From: Actinomycetes bacterium
Lineage (GTDB): Bacteria > Actinomycetota > Thermoleophilia > BMS3ABIN01
Length of the DNA: 64,000 bases
Reading direction: 5' to 3'
Assembly: GCA_021791195.1 (NCBI GenBank)
Contig: JAJYXB010000022.1
Coordinates: 80,245 to 144,244 of the forward strand
Below the pieces are notes generated by a model, which did not search any database, had not been told where the DNA came from, and saw only the letters and a program-made list of their open reading frames with translations. The translations under genes were made by a program, and so were the position numbers. Shown piece by piece: positions 48,154 to 57,971 of the stretch. Every line of letters begins with the position of its first letter. Position 1 is the first letter of the stretch.

Positions 48154-49542
48154 ATGAGCGTGGAGCAATCAGATGCGTTTGTTTTCTTTGGCGCAACGGG
48201 TGATCTGGCCTATAAAATGATCTTCCCGGCGCTGCAGGCCATGATCAAGCGTGGCAATCTCACGGTGCCGGTGATTGGCGTGGCCAAGGAGGGCTGGGCC
48301 ATCGACCAGCTGCGTGACCGGGCGCGCAAGAGCATTGAAGAGCATGGCGCCATCGACAAGGCGGCGTTCGCCAGGTTGATGGAGCTGCTGCAATATATTG
48401 ACAGCGATTATGGCGATCCGGACACCTTCAGGCGTTTGCGACAGGCACTGGGCGGCGCCCGGCACCCGCTTCATTACCTGGCGATTCCGCCCAGCCTGTT
48501 CGGCACTGTCGTGGCGCATTTGGGCGAGTCGGGCTGCGCCACGGGCGGGCGCGTCGTCGTCGAAAAGCCATTTGGCCGCAATCTGCGTTCGGCCCAGGCC
48601 CTGAACAAGACGCTGCACTCGGTGTTTCCGGAGAAATCGATCTTTCGCATCGATCACTTTCTGGGCAAGAGCGCGGTGCAGAATATCCTGTACTTCCGCT
48701 TCGCCAACACCTTTCTGGAGCCAGTCTGGAATCGCAACTACGTCGAAAGCGTGCAGATCACCATGGCGGAAGACTTTGGTGTGCAGGGCCGCGGTCAGGT
48801 ATACGACGAAATGGGCGCGATCCGCGATGTGGTGCAGAACCATCTGCTGCAGGTCGTCGCCTATGTGGCGATGGAGCCGCCGGTTCTCACATATCCAGAA
48901 GGGATCCGCGACGAGACTTCGAAAGTTTTCCGCACCATTGAGCCGCTCAACCGCGAGAACCTCGTGCGCGGGCAGTTCGCAGGCTATCGCGACGAGCCGG
49001 GTGTGAAACCCGGCTCGCGTGTGGAGACCTATGCGGCCGTGCGCCTGCACATCGATTCATGGCGCTGGGCCGGTGTGCCGTTCTTCATCCGCGCCGGTAA
49101 AAGTCTGCCGGTGACGGCGACCGAGGTGTTGATTACGCTCAAACGGCCGCCGATCACCAGGCTGTCGCCCGGAAAGGGCAACGGCGTGAGGTTCCGTCTG
49201 ACCAAGCCAATTACGCTGGGATTGAGCACTCGCGTGAAGGCGGGGAGCGAAGCAATGGCGTCACGCGAACAGGAGTTGACAGCGGAATACCAGCCCGGCC
49301 CCGGTATGCTGGGCGATTATGAGCGGCTGTTCACGGATGCCATGCGGGGTGACGCGATGCTGTTCGCGCGCGAAGATACGGTGGAAATCGCCTGGTCGAT
49401 CGTCGAGCCGATCCTCGACGGTGTGACGCCGGTGTTTGACTATGCACCGGGCACGTGGGGGCCGAAGGAAGCCGAGCGGTTGACAGCCGATGTCGGCGGC
49501 TGGCACAAGCCTGGCGCCGCCTTGGCCCGATCTCACACATGA
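48154..49542 (+). CDS. zwf: glucose-6-phosphate 1-dehydrogenase
   Basis: [15 protein letters not shown] motif, RIDHFLGK active-site peptide. Confidence 0.9.
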   Translation: MSVEQSDAFVFFGATGDLAYKMIFPALQAMIKRGNLTVPVIGVAKEGWAIDQLRDRARKSIEEHGAIDKAAFARLMELLQYIDSDYGDPDTFRRLRQALGGARHPLHYLAIPPSLFGTVVAHLGESGCATGGRVVVEKPFGRNLRSAQALNKTLHSVFPEKSIFRIDHFLGKSAVQNILYFRFANTFLEPVWNRNYVESVQITMAEDFGVQGRGQVYDEMGAIRDVVQNHLLQVVAYVAMEPPVLTYPEGIRDETSKVFRTIEPLNRENLVRGQFAGYRDEPGVKPGSRVETYAAVRLHIDSWRWAGVPFFIRAGKSLPVTATEVLITLKRPPITRLSPGKGNGVRFRLTKPITLGLSTRVKAGSEAMASREQELTAEYQPGPGMLGDYERLFTDAMRGDAMLFAREDTVEIAWSIVEPILDGVTPVFDYAPGTWGPKEAERLTADVGGWHKPGAALARSHT

Positions 49543-49613
49543 CAGTTCAACCGGCACGCTGATTCCCGGCTATCGGGGCATGCGCGTTAGTCCAGCCAGG
49601 AGAAAAAACTCTT

Positions 49614-50462
49614 ATGAGCACTCAGTCGGCGGCAACGCCTCCTTCGATCCGTCTAGTCATCGCCGACGTTGACGGCACGCTCGTTACGGAAGCAAAGGTG
49701 TTGACGCCGCGCGCAATCGCTGCCGTCGCGCGGCTGCGCGCGGCGAATATACTGTTTGCGGTCACCAGCGGACGGCCTCCAAAAGGAATGAGCATGATCA
49801 ACGACGCTCTGCGGTTGACGGAGCCGCTTTCGGCCTTTAACGGTGGTGTGGTCGTCAACCCGGACTTTAGTGTTGTTTCGATCCATCTTTTACCTGCCGG
49901 CATATCCGCGGCTGTGATCCGAATGATTCAGCGGCATGGACTGGACGCGTGGCTTTATACCGACACGGACTGGTACGTGACAGATGCCAACGGGCCGCAT
50001 GTCGCGCGTGAACAGTGGACCGTGAAGTTTTCGCCAGTCGTTGTCGATGACTACTCGCCGTACTTTGCACGCGTGGTAAAAATCGTCGGCGTCAGCGACG
50101 ATCTTGAAGCAGTTGCGCGCTGCGAGAAGGCGATGCAGGAGTGGGGCGGCGCGCGCGTCTCCGCCGAACGTTCGCAGCCGTACTACCTCGATGTAACTCA
50201 TCCCGGCGCAAACAAAGGCGGCGTAGTGCTCACGTTTTCCAAACTGCTCGATATTCCCACCGAAGCCATCGCGACCATCGGCGACATGCCGAGCGACGTG
50301 CTCATGTTTGAAAAGAGCGGCATGAGTATTGCCATGGGTAACGCCAGCGCGGCAGTACAAAAAGCCGCCACGTATGTCACCACGTCGAACGAGGATGAGG
50401 GTTTTGCCAATGCGATGGAGCGGTTTGTGCTTCGCGCGGATCAGGAGCTGAACAATGTCTGA
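49614..50462 (+). CDS. Cof-type HAD-IIB sugar phosphatase
   Basis: LVIADVDGTL motif I, GDMPSD motif IV. Confidence 0.8.
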   Translation: MSTQSAATPPSIRLVIADVDGTLVTEAKVLTPRAIAAVARLRAANILFAVTSGRPPKGMSMINDALRLTEPLSAFNGGVVVNPDFSVVSIHLLPAGISAAVIRMIQRHGLDAWLYTDTDWYVTDANGPHVAREQWTVKFSPVVVDDYSPYFARVVKIVGVSDDLEAVARCEKAMQEWGGARVSAERSQPYYLDVTHPGANKGGVVLTFSKLLDIPTEAIATIGDMPSDVLMFEKSGMSIAMGNASAAVQKAATYVTTSNEDEGFANAMERFVLRADQELNNV

Positions 50463-51189
50463 CATCACCATCTATCCTGACAGTGAGCACTTTGTGGACG
50501 GTTCGGCCGATTTCATTGCAGGACTTGCTGCCCGGGCTGTGGCCGAGCGCGGCCGTTTCGCGATTGCCCTCTCGGGCGGCAGCACCCCGCGCCCGATCTA
50601 TGCCCGGCTGGCGACGGGGGCATACGCGGATCGCATTGACTGGACCAGGGTGCACATCTTTTTCGGCGATGAGCGTTGTGTGCCGCCGGATGATTCACGC
50701 AGCAACTATCGCATGGCGCGTGAGGCGCTGCTCGATCACGTGCCGCTGCCGTCGGGCAATATCCATCGCATTCGTGGTGAAGATGATCCGGCACAAGCCG
50801 CGTTAGCTTACGCGCAAGAAGTGCAGCGCCTGTTTCGTACCGTTTCCGCTCCGGCCTTCGATCTCATCTGTCTGGGCGTGGGCGGCAACGGGCATACGGC
50901 TTCGCTCTTTCCGGGCACGGCGGCTTTGCGCGAGCGGGTGCGGTGGGTTGTGCCGCAGTACGTCGAAGTGATGACGACATGGCGCGTGACGTTCACGACC
51001 GTGTTGATCAACGCCGCCCGGCACATCGCCTTCTTCGCGGCGGGCACGGGGAAAGCCGATGTTCTGTGGCGCGTCCACGAAGGTCCATATCAGCCCGACG
51101 TGTTGCCCTCGCAACTGATCCAACCGGATAACGGCCAGCTCCATTGGCTGGTGGATGCGGCGGCAGGGGCAAAAGTCCAGCCGGTTTAA
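50455..51189 (+). CDS. pgl: 6-phosphogluconolactonase
   Basis: ALSGGSTPRPIY and LGVGGNGHTAS motifs; 8-nt overlap with the HAD gene. Confidence 0.85.
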   Translation: MSDITIYPDSEHFVDGSADFIAGLAARAVAERGRFAIALSGGSTPRPIYARLATGAYADRIDWTRVHIFFGDERCVPPDDSRSNYRMAREALLDHVPLPSGNIHRIRGEDDPAQAALAYAQEVQRLFRTVSAPAFDLICLGVGGNGHTASLFPGTAALRERVRWVVPQYVEVMTTWRVTFTTVLINAARHIAFFAAGTGKADVLWRVHEGPYQPDVLPSQLIQPDNGQLHWLVDAAAGAKVQPV

Positions 51190-51287
51190 TGTCCCCGATG
51201 GGGGTATTAAACTGGTAGCCGGTCAGAATACAGACGGAGGGTGGGCGTATCTCCGGCTCCGGTTGCGCAAAAAACGGAGGTTTTTCA

Positions 51288-52160
51288 TTGTCACCCCTTG
51301 CGGCGGTCATCTACTCGTTCCTGTTCGGACTGTTGCACGGGATTCTGCCTGACGAGCACACCTGGCCCATCACGTTTAGCTACGCCATTGGCGGTGCCAG
51401 CGGAAAGCAGGGCATGAAAGCCGGACTTTATTTCTCCGCCACGTTCACCGTCCAGCGCATGCTCATTTCAGAACTGGCGTACCTGGCGCTGGCGCCGTTC
51501 CTGCTCCGGTCGATAGTCAACGGAATTGTCTATGTGGCCGTCGGCATCGCAATGTCAGCCGCGGGTGCGCTGGTCCTGCGCCAGAATCTTTACCCCCATC
51601 TGCACATTCTCGGGCATCATCATGAAGCGGGCCACCAGATTGAAAAACTGAGCCACGTGCTCAAGAGGCGTCATGCAGAACCGGATGGACCGGTGACGAC
51701 ACCACCAGCACGGTGGACGGTCGTTCACGGCTTTATTGCCGGTTTCGGCTTTGGCGGGTTCTCGCTTTTTGTCAACACCGTTGCCGCCCCTGCCATGTCC
51801 AGCGCGTGGTTAGGATTTTTGCCCGGGCTGGTCTTTGGTATCGGAACGATGATCATGCTGGTGGTTGTCGGTGGCCTGTTTGGCGCCTCGTTGCGGTGGG
51901 CGCACGCGCTGACGGAGCCGGAGATCAAGCGGATCGGAGCGCAGACCGGAGGGAGGACCCTCTTCTTCGGCGGATTGCTTTTTGGGGTTTTCGGGGTCGC
52001 TTCGCTTCTGGGATTGGACCGGCTTTTGCCAGTTGACGCGGGATATGTGCTTATCGGGCTTTTCATGATCACCATTGCCATCCCGGCTTTTATTTACTCG
52101 CTGAAGGAAGTGCTGGCGGCGCGGAAACCATCGGCTGTAAATCGTGAGCAACCCCAATGA
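51288..52160 (+). CDS. polytopic membrane protein with His-rich cytoplasmic loop (possible NicO/RcnA-like metal transporter)
   Basis: HGILPDEH motif in TM1 and HILGHHHEAGHQIEKLSHVLKRRH loop. Confidence 0.4.
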   Translation: MSPLAAVIYSFLFGLLHGILPDEHTWPITFSYAIGGASGKQGMKAGLYFSATFTVQRMLISELAYLALAPFLLRSIVNGIVYVAVGIAMSAAGALVLRQNLYPHLHILGHHHEAGHQIEKLSHVLKRRHAEPDGPVTTPPARWTVVHGFIAGFGFGGFSLFVNTVAAPAMSSAWLGFLPGLVFGIGTMIMLVVVGGLFGASLRWAHALTEPEIKRIGAQTGGRTLFFGGLLFGVFGVASLLGLDRLLPVDAGYVLIGLFMITIAIPAFIYSLKEVLAARKPSAVNREQPQ

Positions 52161-52424
52161 TCATTCCAGGTTTCCGGCGCCTTTCATCCCACCACACAGC
52201 GGCTGCTGCTGGCGCGCGCTCCGCGCTGCATCAGCCACCACGCGGTCGCTGCTCCAGGGTGCCTGTCTCGTGGGTTGCGGGCATGCCTTTTGCGACTGAG
52301 AATCGCCGCTGGAGAGCGCGACCGGTCAAGCCGGGCCTAACGGTGAATCGATTGACAAGAAAATTTTGGAAAGGTATGTTCACGCCTGGCGGCAGTATCA
52401 GTTTCCTGCATATATTGCGGGAAT

Positions 52425-53285
52425 TTGGTGAATTATCTGAATATGGTCACCATGTCCTTTGAACTGGTTTTCCTCGTCTCCATCGTGGCGGGGCTGATTG
52501 GCGCGATGAGTGGGATGGGTGGCGGGATAGTCCTGATCCCCGCCCTCACCCTGTTGGGCCTTGACATCAAGCACGCTATCGCCATCAGCATCGTCTCAGT
52601 CGTCGCCACCTCTAGTGGCGCTGCCTCGGCGTATGTCCGCGACCGGATTATCAATCTCAAGCTCGGGATGTTTCTCGAGATGTTCACGATTATCGGCGCA
52701 CTTGCAGGTGCGACGATTACGGTCGTAGTCTCCGCGCAGGGCCCGCTCTTTATTGTTTTTGGACTCGTGCTGCTGGCGTCTCTGGTGACGCTTTTCTTGC
52801 GGCGGCACGAGGACTGGAAACCTGTCGCGCATCAGGATGCGTTTTCCGGCTGGCTGGAACTGGAAGGGAGCTACGACGATCAGGCCACGGGGCAGACCGT
52901 CTACTACCACGGGGCGCGCGCCTACTTTGGGGGGCCGCTGATGTTCGGCGCGGGACTGATCGCAGGACTTCTCGGTATCGGTGCGGGAGCGCTCAAGGTA
53001 TTGATCATCGATTTGGCGATGGGGCTGCCGCCCAAAGTATCCACCACGACGAGCAACCTGATTATCGGCATCACCGCGCTTGCCGGCACCAGCATTTATC
53101 TCGCGGCGGGCCTGATTGATCCGGGTCTTGCTGCCCCCGTGATCCTGGGCGTTGTCGCGGGCGCATTCATCGGCACGCGGCTTCTCGTCCGGCTCACCAA
53201 TGAGAAGGTGCGCCGTTTCTTCATGGTGGTGTTAGCGGTGCTGGGCATTGAGATGATTCTGCGCGGGGTCGGAGTCATACCATGA
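52425..53285 (+). CDS. TauE/SafE (DUF81) family anion exporter
   Basis: Two 4-TM repeats with GxGGG motifs. Confidence 0.8.
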   Translation: MVNYLNMVTMSFELVFLVSIVAGLIGAMSGMGGGIVLIPALTLLGLDIKHAIAISIVSVVATSSGAASAYVRDRIINLKLGMFLEMFTIIGALAGATITVVVSAQGPLFIVFGLVLLASLVTLFLRRHEDWKPVAHQDAFSGWLELEGSYDDQATGQTVYYHGARAYFGGPLMFGAGLIAGLLGIGAGALKVLIIDLAMGLPPKVSTTTSNLIIGITALAGTSIYLAAGLIDPGLAAPVILGVVAGAFIGTRLLVRLTNEKVRRFFMVVLAVLGIEMILRGVGVIP

Positions 53286-53695
53286 CGGCGCCGAAGGGGG
53301 TGGCGGCGCATCAACCGTCCGGCGCGAAGACCGCCGGCTTTGGCATGGAAGTCCTGGTGGGGTACATTTTGCTTACCGGTGTGCTTCTTAGCGTGGCGCT
53401 GATCACGATTGGAGTCGCGTGGAGCTGGCTGGCAACGGGTCATCTCGGCCTTGAGTACTCGATCGCAGGGATGACACTGTTCAGGTTCGTGCTCGCGGAC
53501 CTCCGGCAGATTTTCTCCGGTGCTTTTCGCCCGCGTCTCTTCGTCGATATGGGAATTGCGGCGCTGATGCTGACGCCCTACGTCCGCGTCTTTGCCTCGA
53601 TGTTCTACTTTGCCATTGTGGAGCGCAATTTCAAGTACACCGTTTTCACGGGTTTTGTTTTCACCGTCCTGACTTACAGCCTCTTCCTCCGGTAA
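53282..53695 (+). CDS. DUF1634 membrane protein (frequent partner of DUF81)
   Basis: 137 aa, 3-4 TM, 4-nt overlap with the TauE gene. Confidence 0.7.
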   Translation: MTAPKGVAAHQPSGAKTAGFGMEVLVGYILLTGVLLSVALITIGVAWSWLATGHLGLEYSIAGMTLFRFVLADLRQIFSGAFRPRLFVDMGIAALMLTPYVRVFASMFYFAIVERNFKYTVFTGFVFTVLTYSLFLR

Positions 53696-53823
53696 ACAGC
53701 CGGCGCCGGTACGGGACGGTCACACTTTGAAATCACAAAGACCCCGACCCGGAAAACCGGGACGGGGCCGTGATGCTTTCGGTGGAAGGCGGCTGCGGGC
53801 TGATCTCCGTTCATTCAGGCGTG

Positions 53824-54318
53824 CTAGGCACCGCCGCCAACGCTCTGGCCGCCACCGCTGCCGCCCTGTCCGCCGCCGCGGCGGCCGCCGGGGAAGAAGG
53901 ACGAGCCGGCCGGCGTGACCTCGATGTCCTGGGCGGCGATGCTGCCATCCGGATTACTTGTGCCGGTGGCCAGTACCTGGTCGCCCGTCTTAAGATCACT
54001 GACGCTGCCCCTGTCCATCTTGCCCACCTGCGTCGAGCCGGAGTAGTAGATGGTCTTCGAGCCGCCGCCGCGCATCTTGACGGTGATGCTCTGGTTGTCC
54101 ATCGAGAGGATGGTGCCGGACGTGAAGCCGCCGTTCTGGCCGTTCCGGCCGGCGCCGCCGCGGAAATTGCCGCGGCCGGCGGATTGCGCCGGGCCCCTGG
54201 TGCCGGGAGCCCTGCTCTCGCCGTACTTCATGCCGGCGAAGAACATGCCGGCGCCGACCGCCAGGATGGCGACGATGCCGATACCGATGATGCTCTTTCC
54301 GTTTTTTTCAGTGGCCAC
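53824..54318 (-). CDS. small signal-anchored protein with Gly-rich C-terminal tail
   Basis: N-terminal TM; beta-rich middle; GGRRGGGQGGSGGGQSVGGGA tail; last gene of the efflux operon. Confidence 0.5.
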   Translation of the reverse strand: MATEKNGKSIIGIGIVAILAVGAGMFFAGMKYGESRAPGTRGPAQSAGRGNFRGGAGRNGQNGGFTSGTILSMDNQSITVKMRGGGSKTIYYSGSTQVGKMDRGSVSDLKTGDQVLATGTSNPDGSIAAQDIEVTPAGSSFFPGGRRGGGQGGSGGGQSVGGGA

Positions 54319-54336
54319 GATCTTCTCCTTTTCAGT

Positions 54337-55554
54337 TTATTCGTATCTGAGCGCCACGATGGGACTCAGGTTTGCCGCCCGCCGGGCGGGATAATAACCG
54401 AAGACTATGCCGATGAGCGCCGACACCCCGAAAACGAGGATGACGGACGAATAGGAAAAACTGGTTGGCATGTTCGCCAGATGTGATATCGCCAGCGAGG
54501 CTGCAAAGCCGAGCACGATGCCGATCGCGCCTCCCAGGAAGGTCAGCATCACCGATTCCGACAGGAATTGCATGCTGATGTCGCCCTTTTTGGCGCCGAC
54601 CGATTTGCGCAGGCCGATCTCACGCGTGCGCTCGGTGACGGTGGTGAGCATCATGTTCATGATGCCGATGCCGCCCACCAGCAGGGAGATGCCGGCGATC
54701 GACGCCAGCAGCAGTGTCAGCGTCTGCGTGACGCTGGAAGCCGTGCTGATGATGTCCTGCTGATTCATGACGCTGAAATCGGCCATCGCCGGGTTGCTGA
54801 TTCTGTGCCGCTGCAGCAGCAGGTCGGCAAGCTGCTGCTGCACGCCCGGCATGGCATCCTGGCTGGCAGCGGAAACGCTGATGCTGCTTACATAAGAGCC
54901 GCCCACCAGATAATGCTGCATCGTCCCCAGAGGGATATAGATGGCGTCATCCGGGTTGTTGAAGCCGGAGCCGCCTTTCGAAGCTGTCACGCCGATGACC
55001 TTGAACATCGAGCTGCCGATGCGGATCTCCTGGCCGACGGCGTCGGCGCCGGTGCCGAACAGGTCGTCGCGCGCGCTGGGCCCGAGCACCGCAACTTTGG
55101 AAGAGCTCCTGTCCTCGCTGCCGGTGATGAAGCTGCCGCTGTCCATGGCCTCGTTGCGAACGTCCGTGTATGCGGGCACGGTGCCAATAATCTGCGTGTT
55201 GGTGTTATTGCCCTTCGCGGCCACCTGCTTGCGGCTGTCGAGCTCGGGCGCCACCTTGACATTGGATATCTGGCTGGAAATGGCATCCGCATCCGCCTGG
55301 GTCAGCGTATGGGCACTGCCGCGCCCGGCGCTGATGGAGCCCGGTGAGCGCTGGGCGCCGGGCATGACGATGATAAGGTTGGAGCCGATCGCTGTGATCC
55401 GGTCCTTGATCGAGGCCTGGGCGCCCTGGCCCACCGAGATCATGGCGATCACGGAGCCGATGCCGACGACGATGCCGAGCATGGTCAGCCCCGAACGCAC
55501 CTTGTTGCTGGAGAGGAACCAGAAAGTCTGTTCGAGCATGTCGCGGAAGCTCAC
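54337..55554 (-). CDS. MacB-type ABC transporter permease (FtsX-like)
   Basis: N-terminal TM, large periplasmic domain, C-terminal FtsX 3-TM bundle. Confidence 0.85.
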   Translation of the reverse strand: MSFRDMLEQTFWFLSSNKVRSGLTMLGIVVGIGSVIAMISVGQGAQASIKDRITAIGSNLIIVMPGAQRSPGSISAGRGSAHTLTQADADAISSQISNVKVAPELDSRKQVAAKGNNTNTQIIGTVPAYTDVRNEAMDSGSFITGSEDRSSSKVAVLGPSARDDLFGTGADAVGQEIRIGSSMFKVIGVTASKGGSGFNNPDDAIYIPLGTMQHYLVGGSYVSSISVSAASQDAMPGVQQQLADLLLQRHRISNPAMADFSVMNQQDIISTASSVTQTLTLLLASIAGISLLVGGIGIMNMMLTTVTERTREIGLRKSVGAKKGDISMQFLSESVMLTFLGGAIGIVLGFAASLAISHLANMPTSFSYSSVILVFGVSALIGIVFGYYPARRAANLSPIVALRYE

Positions 55555-56303
55555 GCGCTCACCGTCCCGGCCGCCGGCGGCGCGAAACCGCCGCCGGGGA
55601 TCACCTCTGTCTGCGCGCCGCTGTTGCCATTCAAGCGGTCGGCGACGATACTCCCGTCACGGATGGTGATCACCCGCTGGGCGTATGCGGCGATCTCCGC
55701 CTCATGGGTGATCAGCACGATCGTGCGCCCTTCGCTGTGGAGCTGCTGGAATGTCTGCATGACGATTTTTTCCGTTTTACTGTCGAGGTTGCCGGTCGGC
55801 TCGTCGGCGAGGATCATAGCCGGATTGGTCACCAGCGCCCTGGCGATGGCGACGCGCTGCTGCTGGCCGCCCGAAAGCTGGTTGGAGCGCTTGTAGAAAC
55901 TGTCCTCTTCCAGGCCGGTCCTCAGCAGCGCCTGCTTCGCAAGCTCTTCGCGCTCGGTGGTCGGCACTTTCGCATAAAGCAGCGGCAGGCAGACGTTGCG
56001 GATGACGTTTGCCCGCGGCAGCAGGTTGAAGGCCTGAAAGACGAAGCCGATCTTGCGGTTGCGCAGCTCTGCCAGCTCGTCATCGCCAAAATCGGAGACG
56101 TCCTGCCCGTCCAGCAGGAACTGGCCACTGGTGGGTATGTCCAGCGCTCCCAGGATATGCATCAGGGTGGATTTTCCGGAGCCGGAAGGCCCGATGATGG
56201 CGACGAACTCGCCCGCGTCGATACGGAAAGAAACGCCTCCCAGCGCCACCGTTTCCGTATCGCCGTTCACGTATTTCTTGGTGATATCAATGCACTCGAT
56301 CAA
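55551..56303 (-). CDS. MacB/LolD-type ABC transporter ATP-binding protein
   Basis: Walker A GPSGSGKST, LSGGQQQRVAIARAL signature, Walker B ILADEPT. Confidence 0.9.
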   Translation of the reverse strand: MIECIDITKKYVNGDTETVALGGVSFRIDAGEFVAIIGPSGSGKSTLMHILGALDIPTSGQFLLDGQDVSDFGDDELAELRNRKIGFVFQAFNLLPRANVIRNVCLPLLYAKVPTTEREELAKQALLRTGLEEDSFYKRSNQLSGGQQQRVAIARALVTNPAMILADEPTGNLDSKTEKIVMQTFQQLHSEGRTIVLITHEAEIAAYAQRVITIRDGSIVADRLNGNSGAQTEVIPGGGFAPPAAGTVSA

Positions 56304-56353
56304 GGCAATACCACGCGATCGCTAATGACTGTCGGTGACAGGAGCGAGGCCTG

Positions 56354-57856
56354 CTAGCCGCCGCGGCTGATCATGCCGCGGCCGCCTAAGCCTCCGCCGC
56401 CCCCGCCGCGTAAGGCGCCGCCGCCCAGGTTGAAACCGCCGCCGCCCGAAGACGAGCTGCTGGAGCTGCTGGCGTTGGGATTGATCGTCTGGACCACGAT
56501 CGTGTCGCCGGCGTTGAGTCCGCTGGTGATCTCCGTGTCAGTGTCATTGGCGATGCCGATGTTGACCGGCTGCTGCACGGGGCTGCCGTTTTTCATGACC
56601 TGGACATAATGGCTGCTGCCCTGCGACTTCAGCGCCGAGTTGGGTACGGTGATAACGTCCTGATGGACGGCAGTGGTGATGTCGGCGGTCACGCTCATGC
56701 CCGGCTTGATCCTGGGATCCGAAGTGTCGAAGCCTACGGTGACGCTGTAGTTGACCACGCCGGAGCTGACGGTGCCGGATGCGTCGATCTGCTCCACCTT
56801 GCCGGTGAGCGAGAGGCCGTCGATTGCGTCGAAGCTCAGCGACGCCTTCTGGCCCACGGCGATCCTGGTGACGTCCACTTCACTGACCTGGACTGTGGCA
56901 TCCTCGGAGTTGAGGTCGTCGATGACCATCGCGGCAGACGATGAGCCGGATCCACTGGAGCTGCCGGCTGATTCCCCGGATGCACCGCCGCCGGCCGAAG
57001 AACCGGACGAACCTGATGAGCCGGATGAATCAGATGTGGCTGAACCGCCGTTGGAGGAGCCGCCATTCTGCACGTTGATGGCAGTGATGGTGCCATCGAT
57101 CGGCGCCGTCACTGTGCGCTCATCCGCGGTCTGCTTCTGGTTGTTGTAACTGGCCTGGGCTGCCGCCACGTTCTGCTCGGCGGCGCTGACGCCTGATTCA
57201 GCGGCGCCCAGTTTCGAACCGAGCGCAGAGGCGCTTTCGCCACTCGCCTGGTTCTGCTGCTCGGCCTTGGTCAGACTGGACTGTGCCTGGGCCAGCTGTG
57301 CCTGGGCGCTGGAAAGCTTCTGGGAATTATCTGCCGACGGGTTTGAATTGTAATCGGACTGGGCGATGTTGACGCCGGTGATCGCCGCGTTGACCTGAGC
57401 CTGCAGTGCCGCGATATTGGCCGAGGCGGGAGCACCGTTCTGGCCGACGGCGTTGTCATAATCGGACTGCGCCTGCCGCGCCGAGGCCTCGGCATTGCTC
57501 AGGGACGACCGCGCCTGCTCGAGCGAGGCGTACGACTGGCTTACGTTGACATCAAGTGAATTGTTGATGATATCGAAGAGGTGCTCGCCCTTGGTGACGT
57601 GGTCGCCGACCTTGACGGTGATGTTGGTCACGGTGCCGGAGACCCGGGAGGTGACTTTGGCGCTGGAGTTGATGCTGACGTTGCCGCTTGCCGAGACAGT
57701 CGAGGCGATCATGCCCTTCTTCACCTGAGCGGTCACGTAGTGGACCTGGTCGCTGCTGCCGCGCGCCTCGGAGTAGACGAAGTAGCCGCCCAGCAGTACG
57801 ACGACGGCTGCACCGATCACATACGGTTTCTTGCGCAGGAGCTTAGATATCTTCAA
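56354..57856 (-). CDS. HlyD/MacA-family periplasmic adaptor with Ser/Gly-rich low-complexity insert and Gly-rich C-terminal tail
   Basis: N-terminal TM, coiled-coil, barrel-sandwich hybrid; SSGSSGSS... insert and GGGGFNLGGGALRGGGGGG tail. Confidence 0.8.
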   Translation of the reverse strand: MKISKLLRKKPYVIGAAVVVLLGGYFVYSEARGSSDQVHYVTAQVKKGMIASTVSASGNVSINSSAKVTSRVSGTVTNITVKVGDHVTKGEHLFDIINNSLDVNVSQSYASLEQARSSLSNAEASARQAQSDYDNAVGQNGAPASANIAALQAQVNAAITGVNIAQSDYNSNPSADNSQKLSSAQAQLAQAQSSLTKAEQQNQASGESASALGSKLGAAESGVSAAEQNVAAAQASYNNQKQTADERTVTAPIDGTITAINVQNGGSSNGGSATSDSSGSSGSSGSSAGGGASGESAGSSSGSGSSSAAMVIDDLNSEDATVQVSEVDVTRIAVGQKASLSFDAIDGLSLTGKVEQIDASGTVSSGVVNYSVTVGFDTSDPRIKPGMSVTADITTAVHQDVITVPNSALKSQGSSHYVQVMKNGSPVQQPVNIGIANDTDTEITSGLNAGDTIVVQTINPNASSSSSSSSGGGGFNLGGGALRGGGGGGLGGRGMISRGG

Positions 57857-57971
57857 CTTGAGTAAATGACGGATTTAACATCGAAACAACCGTAACAGCC
57901 CTTTGTAAGCTGTTTGTTAGACAAATGTAAAGAATTTGACAAACTTGCAGGGGTGTTTTAGAGCGGGATTG

